A DNA stretch of 64,000 bases, taken from contig JAAVYR010000004.1 in NCBI GenBank assembly GCA_022791255.1, positions 92,094 to 156,093 of the forward strand, read 5' to 3'. The notes beneath the pieces are model-generated. The model did no database searches, was not told the origin of the DNA, and saw only the letters and a program-made list of their open reading frames with translations. This DNA comes from Peptococcaceae bacterium (GTDB lineage Bacteria; Bacillota; Dehalobacteriia; UBA4068; JAAVYR01). This document shows, piece by piece, positions 58,610 to 64,000 of this stretch (within the stretch, counting starts at the first letter, position 1; every line of letters starts with the position of its first letter). The position numbers and the translations under genes are program-made.

Positions 58610-59458
58610 TTGGCATATCTCAAAGAAATAGAATTAAATATCCTCATGTGGGTGCAGTCCTTTGCCACGCCGTCTTTAGATGTCATCTGGCAGTGCATTA
58701 CCATGCTGGGGGAAGAGACTTGGATGGTGTTAGCCTTTTCCTATATTTATTGGTGCTATCGTAAGGATATGGCATTGTATCTTAGCTTTTCCCTCTTTAG
58801 CGGTCTTGCGGTGAATAGTGTATTGAAGAATATGTTTCATCTGGCCCGTCCTATGGGAGAGCCTGGTATCCGTGTGCTCCGTGAACAGACCGCTACTGGT
58901 TACTCCTTCCCTAGCGGCCATAGTCAGTTGGGTTCTGCGGCCTTTTCTTCCCTTTATTTTTGGTGGAAAAAGAAAAGACTGCTGTTTTTTGCCATCCTGG
59001 CTTCTTTACTGATTGCTTACTCTCGTCTTTATTTGGGTGTTCACTATCCCAAAGATGTTATTGTTGGCCTTGCTTTGGGCTGGGGCGTTAGCTTTCTTTG
59101 TTATTATGGTTTTACCCATGTGCGAAAGCGCTACCTGCTATTTTTAGTGGTGGGTAGTGTGGCGGTAGCTGGGATGTTTTGCTTTCCGGGGAAAACTGCT
59201 TATCAATCAGCAGGGTTATTTGCTGGTTTCTTCCTGGGTAGTTGGGTGGAAGATCGTTTTATCACCTTCCAGCCTTATCAGGGCAGTAAATTGCGGCGGT
59301 TTTACCGTTGGATTTTAGGGGTTTGCGGTATTTTTGCCATTAAACTGGTGCTGTCCTATTTTACGCCTTCTCCTCTGCTCTGGGTGGGGGGCTATGGGTT
59401 CCTTGCCTTTTACATCTATGCGCTTTATCCCCTTGTCTTCACGAAGCTAAAGCTATAA
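58610..59458 (+). CDS. PAP2-family phosphatase with extended C-terminal TM region.
   Basis: KxxxxxxRP (LKNMFHLARP), YSFPSGHS and SRLYLGVHYPKDV motifs. Confidence 0.75.
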   Translation: MAYLKEIELNILMWVQSFATPSLDVIWQCITMLGEETWMVLAFSYIYWCYRKDMALYLSFSLFSGLAVNSVLKNMFHLARPMGEPGIRVLREQTATGYSFPSGHSQLGSAAFSSLYFWWKKKRLLFFAILASLLIAYSRLYLGVHYPKDVIVGLALGWGVSFLCYYGFTHVRKRYLLFLVVGSVAVAGMFCFPGKTAYQSAGLFAGFFLGSWVEDRFITFQPYQGSKLRRFYRWILGVCGIFAIKLVLSYFTPSPLLWVGGYGFLAFYIYALYPLVFTKLKL

Positions 59459-59935
59459 GAAGATACCATATAATATAATAAAATAATATAGAAAAACACC
59501 CTGTGGTCCCAACCATACCACAGGGTGTTTCTCTGAGTATATATTTGCAAGAAATACTTGCAACCGAGCAATATCACAAAATAAAAAAGTGATTTTGTTC
59601 TCTCTCGGTCTCATATATTCTCCCTTTTTTAGGAAAACCCTTTTTTATTTTTTCGGAAAATAAGAGAAATTTTCTTTTTACCACTGCCATTTTCTGGGAA
59701 AGAGAAAAGAAAGGTCTTTCCTGGCTAATGGATTAAGCCTCTTCCTTGCTTGTAGCAAGTGGTGGGGTAGCCTGTTTTGGTTCGGCCTCGGTGAGGATGG
59801 CGGCGGTCTTGGCTGCAGCTACGGTAATAGCGGACATGCCGGCAGCAAAGCAGGCTTGTTTTAAATTTTGCCATGTATTCATAAAATAAAATCTCCTTTT
59901 AAATATTTCTTTTTTCTTTCTATTTTTCTGAAAAT

Positions 59936-60805
59936 TTAACGGGAATGAGAAGAAATTTTTTTCTGCCAAGCGGTAACCACATGGGATAATAGCACGGCTG
60001 TAGTAATGGAGCCTACGCCTGCCGGTACGGGGGTGATTTTGGCGCAAATCGGTTCTATAGCGGCAAAATCCACATCGCCGCAGATTTTCCCTGGTTGGTC
60101 AGGGTCTGCATTAATCCCTACATCAATGATGACTTGTTGGGGGTGGGTAAATTCTTCTGTTACCATCCGGGCTTTGCCGACGGCAGCGACGAGAATATCT
60201 GCTCCGCGGCAAACTTCTGCTAAATGCTCTGTACGGGAGTGACAAATGGTAACGGTGGCGTGTTTTTCTAAAAGCAGCATAGCCGCAGGCTTACCTACCA
60301 CTAAAGAACGGCCTAACACGACCACCTTTTTCCCCTGGAGCGGAATGCCATAATAGTCCAGCGTTTCCATAACGGCAACAGGGGTGCAGGGTGCGAAAGC
60401 GTCCTTTGCCCCGGTGAAGACGCCGCCTAGGCTGGCAGTGGTCAGACCGTCAATATCTTTTTCTGGTGCAAGGGCTGCAAAGATGGCTTTTTCATCGATG
60501 GTTTTTGGTAGGGGTGCGAAAATCAGCACGCCGTCTATGGTCTCGTCTTGGTTTACGGCGGCTACTGCAGCCAGAAGTGTTTCTTGGGTTACGGTAAGGG
60601 GATATGCCTTTATCTCTAAATCAATCCCCCAAAGGGCACAATTTTTCTTAACGCCCCCTTCATAGAAAAGGTCGTCGGGTCGCTCTCCTACTCGGATAAT
60701 GGCAAGTTTTGGCGCACGAAAATTTGCTGCTCCTTGTTGAATAAGGGCAATGGCTTGTTCTTTTAGTCGGTCGGCGACGGGTTTCCCTTTTAATAATTCT
60801 GCCAT
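59936..60805 (-). CDS. folD: Bifunctional methylenetetrahydrofolate dehydrogenase/cyclohydrolase.
   Basis: MAELLKGKPVADRL start with RBS AAGGAG. Conserved FolD core (GRSLVVGKP, PGGVGP-like). Confidence 0.85.
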   Translation of the reverse strand: MAELLKGKPVADRLKEQAIALIQQGAANFRAPKLAIIRVGERPDDLFYEGGVKKNCALWGIDLEIKAYPLTVTQETLLAAVAAVNQDETIDGVLIFAPLPKTIDEKAIFAALAPEKDIDGLTTASLGGVFTGAKDAFAPCTPVAVMETLDYYGIPLQGKKVVVLGRSLVVGKPAAMLLLEKHATVTICHSRTEHLAEVCRGADILVAAVGKARMVTEEFTHPQQVIIDVGINADPDQPGKICGDVDFAAIEPICAKITPVPAGVGSITTAVLLSHVVTAWQKKISSHSR

Positions 60806-60834
60806 GTGATTACTCCTTTTATATTTTTTCATAT

Positions 60835-60909
60835 TGTCATTCTGCGCGTAGCGAAGAAGCCAAAAGATCCTTCGTTACTTTCGTCACTTTGTTCCTCAGG
60901 ATGACAAAG
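60835..60909. repeat. Paired left-form/right-form terminal hairpin repeats with no core (minimal element).
   Basis: TGTCATTCTGCGCGTAGCGAAGAAGCC + AAAAGATCCTTCGTTACTTTCGTCACTTTGTTCCTCAGGATGACAAAG. The right half supplies the last codons and TGA stop of the 60896-61648 gene. Confidence 0.6.
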
Positions 60910-61648
60910 GGTTATATTTTTCTGTGAGCGCTTTTAAGTTTGCAGCAATCAGCGGAAACACTTTTTGGGTGAAATCGGCCATAGCGGTTTGCTGTTCTTC
61001 TCGGATTTGTTGAATTAAGGCGGCGATTTGCGGAATACTAGCAGTGGTAATCTGGTGGCGAATACGCAGTTGGATTTCATACTTTTCTGCTAGCTCTTGG
61101 GGGGTGCCTTTGTCGATGCCAAAGATAACGGGGATTTTCTCCAGGGAGGCGGCAGCCTTTGCTGGGGGGATGCCGGCAAAAGCAGCGAAAGCCTCTGCTA
61201 CAAAATTTACAGCAGCGGTATCCTCAGCGGCAGCCATCATTTCCTGGCAAAGCTCGGGGGCTTTTTCGACGATATCGGCTTCGAAGGCCATCTCTACCAG
61301 ATTGTGACCTTTCCACTGGGCCCATTTTTCTGGGATGGCGCAAGCCTTGATGACTTGCGGTAAGTATTGATTTGCGTATTGAAAACAAAAGCCGCGCTCC
61401 TCACCGGGCCAATATTCATCAGAATAATAATCCAGCCCTTGGGGAGAAACGCCGTGGGTGGCAAAGAGAAAAGCCACTTCCTTGGCGGCTGGGCAGTTTG
61501 CCTGGGCCCAGCGATAAAAGGCTTCTCCTTGGGTGTGGCCAAAGGCGCGCTCTAGTCCCATATTCACACATAGGTCTGGTAGAACTGCGGCTAGCGCGAT
61601 GACGCTGCTATTAGAGGCGGCAAGATTTTTGCCGATATAATGGTGCAT
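60896..61648 (-). CDS. Hypothetical protein.
   Basis: ~250 aa. Start ambiguous (ATG at 61648 or TTG at 61660, 7 nt after a GGGGGG run). No recognised domain. Confidence 0.4.
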   Translation of the reverse strand: MHHYIGKNLAASNSSVIALAAVLPDLCVNMGLERAFGHTQGEAFYRWAQANCPAAKEVAFLFATHGVSPQGLDYYSDEYWPGEERGFCFQYANQYLPQVIKACAIPEKWAQWKGHNLVEMAFEADIVEKAPELCQEMMAAAEDTAAVNFVAEAFAAFAGIPPAKAAASLEKIPVIFGIDKGTPQELAEKYEIQLRIRHQITTASIPQIAALIQQIREEQQTAMADFTQKVFPLIAANLKALTEKYNPLSS

Positions 61649-61915
61649 CAGCGGAAACAAATAAAATCCCCCCTTTTTGCTGAAAATATATTGATTTTCC
61701 TTGTGGTTTTTATTATCATAAGGAAGCTGTAAAACAGCAAGCTTATTTATCTGAAGAGAGTTACTTTTTATTATTATAGTCAAAATGCTGTAAAAATGGC
61801 AAGCAAAGAAAAAATATAGTGAGATTTATTTTTCAGATTTTTCCTAAAAAAGAACGATAATATTGTCAATATGATTGGTTATGTTGGATTTACGAGAGAA
61901 AGGATTTTTCCTGTT

Positions 61916-62773
61916 ATGAAGAAACATCTTCTTCCCCTGGTTTTGATGACCATTGCTTCCTTTACAGGAGCGGCAAGCTTAGGGATTTATACCAATCCAA
62001 ACTCCTTTTTAGCTGGGGGCGTTTCTGGGATATCGGCCCTCACCCATCATTTTTTGCCCTTTATTTCTATTGCGGCTTTTTTGGTGATTTACAATATTCC
62101 CTTGCTCATTTGGGCTTATAAAGAACTGGATAAAGAGTTTGTCCTCTACTCTATCTATGGAGTTGGCTTAGAGGCGGTGCTCTTATCCCTTCTAGAAACT
62201 CATTTCCCGCAGCTGGTATATACAGAGGATCCATTGCTTGCGGCCATCTTTGGTGGGATTTTGATGGGATTTAGCACAGGGCTATCCATTAAAAGCCATG
62301 GTTCCTTCGGTGGCACAGATATCATCGGCGTCATCCTCTCTCGGCGCTATGGTCTTTCGGTAGGCTCTGTCTCTATTTGCTTCAATTTCTTTATCATTAT
62401 TGGAGCGGGCTTTGTCTTCGGTTTTGATAAAGCGATGTATACCTTGGTGAATATGTATGCTTCTGCCCAGACCACCGATAAAATTATCGAAGGTCTTTCT
62501 AAAAAACGGACGGCCACCATCATCTCCTCTTGCGGGGAAGAAATCGCGGCTCAGATTACTCAGAAAATCCATCGGGGCATTACCATGATGAAAGGCCACG
62601 GCGGCTATAGCAAGCAGGAAAAAGATGTGCTTATCTGCGTGGTCAGCCGGTTTGAGCTGCAGCGGTTAAAGCAAATCGTCCGAGAATGCGACAAACACGC
62701 TTTCGTCACGGTGACGGACACCTATGATGTGGTAGGTAATTACTTCCGCAATATGCCGGTATTAGACGATTAA
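61916..62773 (+). CDS. yitT: YitT-family membrane protein (DUF161 plus DUF2179).
   Basis: Start MKKHLLPLVL. TM N-domain and C-terminal DUF2179-like soluble domain. Terminator at 62776-62810. Confidence 0.65.
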   Translation: MKKHLLPLVLMTIASFTGAASLGIYTNPNSFLAGGVSGISALTHHFLPFISIAAFLVIYNIPLLIWAYKELDKEFVLYSIYGVGLEAVLLSLLETHFPQLVYTEDPLLAAIFGGILMGFSTGLSIKSHGSFGGTDIIGVILSRRYGLSVGSVSICFNFFIIIGAGFVFGFDKAMYTLVNMYASAQTTDKIIEGLSKKRTATIISSCGEEIAAQITQKIHRGITMMKGHGGYSKQEKDVLICVVSRFELQRLKQIVRECDKHAFVTVTDTYDVVGNYFRNMPVLDD

Positions 62774-62912
62774 AAAAGGACTGCCTTTATTTTGGCAGTC
62801 CTTTTGATTGTATCTGTTGTATTTTTGACAATGGGGTTGAAAGGTTTTTCTGTAATTATCTCGAATATCTACTTACTTATCTGGATAAAATAACCAAAAA
62901 GGAGGCTACCTT

Positions 62913-64000
62913 ATGACGGAAACAAAAACCAACACCCTGCCAAAGCGGGAAGAAATCCCGGCAAAATACTATTGGCAGCTGGAAAAAATATATGCGACTG
63001 ACGACGCCTGGGAACAGGAACTGGCTGCCATTAAGGCCATGCTGCCCAAAGCGGCTGATTACCAAAAAGACTTTAGTGCTGATGCAAACCAGCTCTTGGC
63101 AACCCTCACCTATAAAGAAGAGCTGGAACAAAAACTGGATAAATGCTACACCTATGCGGCCATGCGCAAAGACCAGGACAATGCCAACAGCAAATATCAA
63201 GATATGAAAAACCGTATCCACAGTGTGGCAGTAGAAGCCGGTACTGCCTTTTCTTGGTTTGCACCGGCCGTACTTGCTCTGGACCCGGCTGCCCTGGAAG
63301 CGGCCCTTGCCACGCCTGCTCTTGCCGGTTATCGGCGCTATCTGGAGGAAATCACTCGTCTGCGTCCTCATACTCGCCCAGCAGCCGAGGAAGAAATCTT
63401 AGCCATGACGGGAGAAATCAGCTCCGCCACCAATGAAATTTTCGGTATGGCCAATAATGCGGACATTAAATTTCCCTTTGTGAAAAATGCCCAAGGGGAA
63501 GAAATCGAGCTGACCCACGGCAACTACATCAACTTTATGGAGTCCTCTGATAGAACAGTACGGAAGAATGCCTTTACGGCGCTCTATGATACCTATGGTA
63601 AGCAAAAGAACACCTGGGCGGCGCTGCTCTCTAACAGTGTGAAACGGGATGTATTCTATGCGAAAGTAAGGAACTACCCCAGCGCTCTAGAGGCAGCGCT
63701 CTTTGATGAGAAAATCCCTTTCCAGGTATATGACCAGCTTATCGCTACGGTAAGGAAAAATCTGCCGGCCTTCTTTGACTATTTGAAAATCCGCAAAGAG
63801 TGCCTAGGTGTAGAAAAACTTCATATGTATGATGTCTATGCGCCTATCCTTCCGGAAAGCCGGGCTCATATCCCCTATGAAGAAGCGGTAGAAATGGTCA
63901 AAGCAGGCCTCCATCCCCTAGGGAAAGATTATGTAGATATCTTAAGCGATGGGGTGGCAAATGGCTGGGTAGATGTGATGGAGTCTGCCGGAAAGACCAG
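62913..64000 (+). CDS. pepF: Oligoendopeptidase F (M3B family). N-terminal 362 aa; continues past the right window edge.
   Basis: Perfect RBS AAAAAGGAGG-N7-ATG at 62913. MTETKTNTLPKREEIPAKYYWQLEKIYATDDAWEQE is a typical PepF N-terminus. Absent from the ORF track because it is unterminated; the antisense track ORF 62877-63371 is spurious. Confidence 0.75.
   Translation, partial: MTETKTNTLPKREEIPAKYYWQLEKIYATDDAWEQELAAIKAMLPKAADYQKDFSADANQLLATLTYKEELEQKLDKCYTYAAMRKDQDNANSKYQDMKNRIHSVAVEAGTAFSWFAPAVLALDPAALEAALATPALAGYRRYLEEITRLRPHTRPAAEEEILAMTGEISSATNEIFGMANNADIKFPFVKNAQGEEIELTHGNYINFMESSDRTVRKNAFTALYDTYGKQKNTWAALLSNSVKRDVFYAKVRNYPSALEAALFDEKIPFQVYDQLIATVRKNLPAFFDYLKIRKECLGVEKLHMYDVYAPILPESRAHIPYEEAVEMVKAGLHPLGKDYVDILSDGVANGWVDVMESAGKT

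Noticed and set aside
62877-63371. 164-aa minus-strand ORF.
   Set aside because: It is antisense to the well-supported pepF start (perfect RBS, conserved PepF N-terminus).
1-64000. CRISPR arrays, rRNA genes, transposase or integrase genes, toxin-antitoxin pairs with recognisable toxins.
   Set aside because: No regularly spaced direct repeats with unique spacers, no rRNA-like conserved blocks, and no ORF with transposase, integrase or toxin motifs were seen. The tandem repeats at 4623-4722 and 34005-34045 have no spacers.

Overview
This window is the replication-origin neighbourhood of a low-GC Gram-positive genome (Firmicutes type; Clostridia or Negativicutes). Its layout resembles spore-forming Clostridia.

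Four blocks are identifiable:
- Leader-RNA-regulated biosynthesis/transport genes: a T-box upstream of a leuA/cimA-type synthase, and a TPP riboswitch upstream of thiW.
- Two potassium-uptake systems (ktrBA on the + strand, trkAH on the - strand) and five tRNA genes.
- A sporulation/coat-like cluster: a SpoVID/SipL-like LysM protein, three tandem CotS/YsxE-family kinase-fold paralogs, and a CotSA-like GT4 glycosyltransferase.
- The canonical origin block on the - strand: remB, recF, S4/yaaA, dnaN, a DnaA-box cluster plus an AT-rich DUE, and dnaA. On the + strand follow rpmH, rnpA, yidD, yidC and jag, then parB, parA and rsmG with two identical parS-like palindromes.

The gyrBA and mnmEG genes that usually accompany these are absent from their usual positions.

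The most unusual signal is a family of short hairpin repeats. The right form (AAGATCCTTCGCTTTCGCTCAGGATGACA) occurs 9 times and the inverted left form 5 times, always intergenic. They behave like terminal inverted repeats of a larger structured element of about 400 bp. That element is present in two inverted, roughly 85 % identical copies at 19.45 and 30.6 kb, with minimal derivatives at 55.4 and 60.8 kb. Both full copies lie inside paralogous cassettes of small XRE-HTH genes (- strand) and a ribbon-helix-helix gene (+ strand). This suggests a repeated regulatory or mobile module with a non-coding (RNA or MITE-like) component.

Other notable items:
- A 392-aa Q/N/Y/G-rich prion-like low-complexity protein.
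- An ECF sigma factor whose cognate anti-sigma gene carries a homopolymer frameshift plus an in-frame amber codon.
- An orphan SUFU-like (immunity-type) protein fused to the trkAH operon.
- A tandem 18-bp repeat array in front of a tRNA-Arg(CCU) promoter.

No CRISPR array, rRNA, or obvious transposase or integrase genes were seen.
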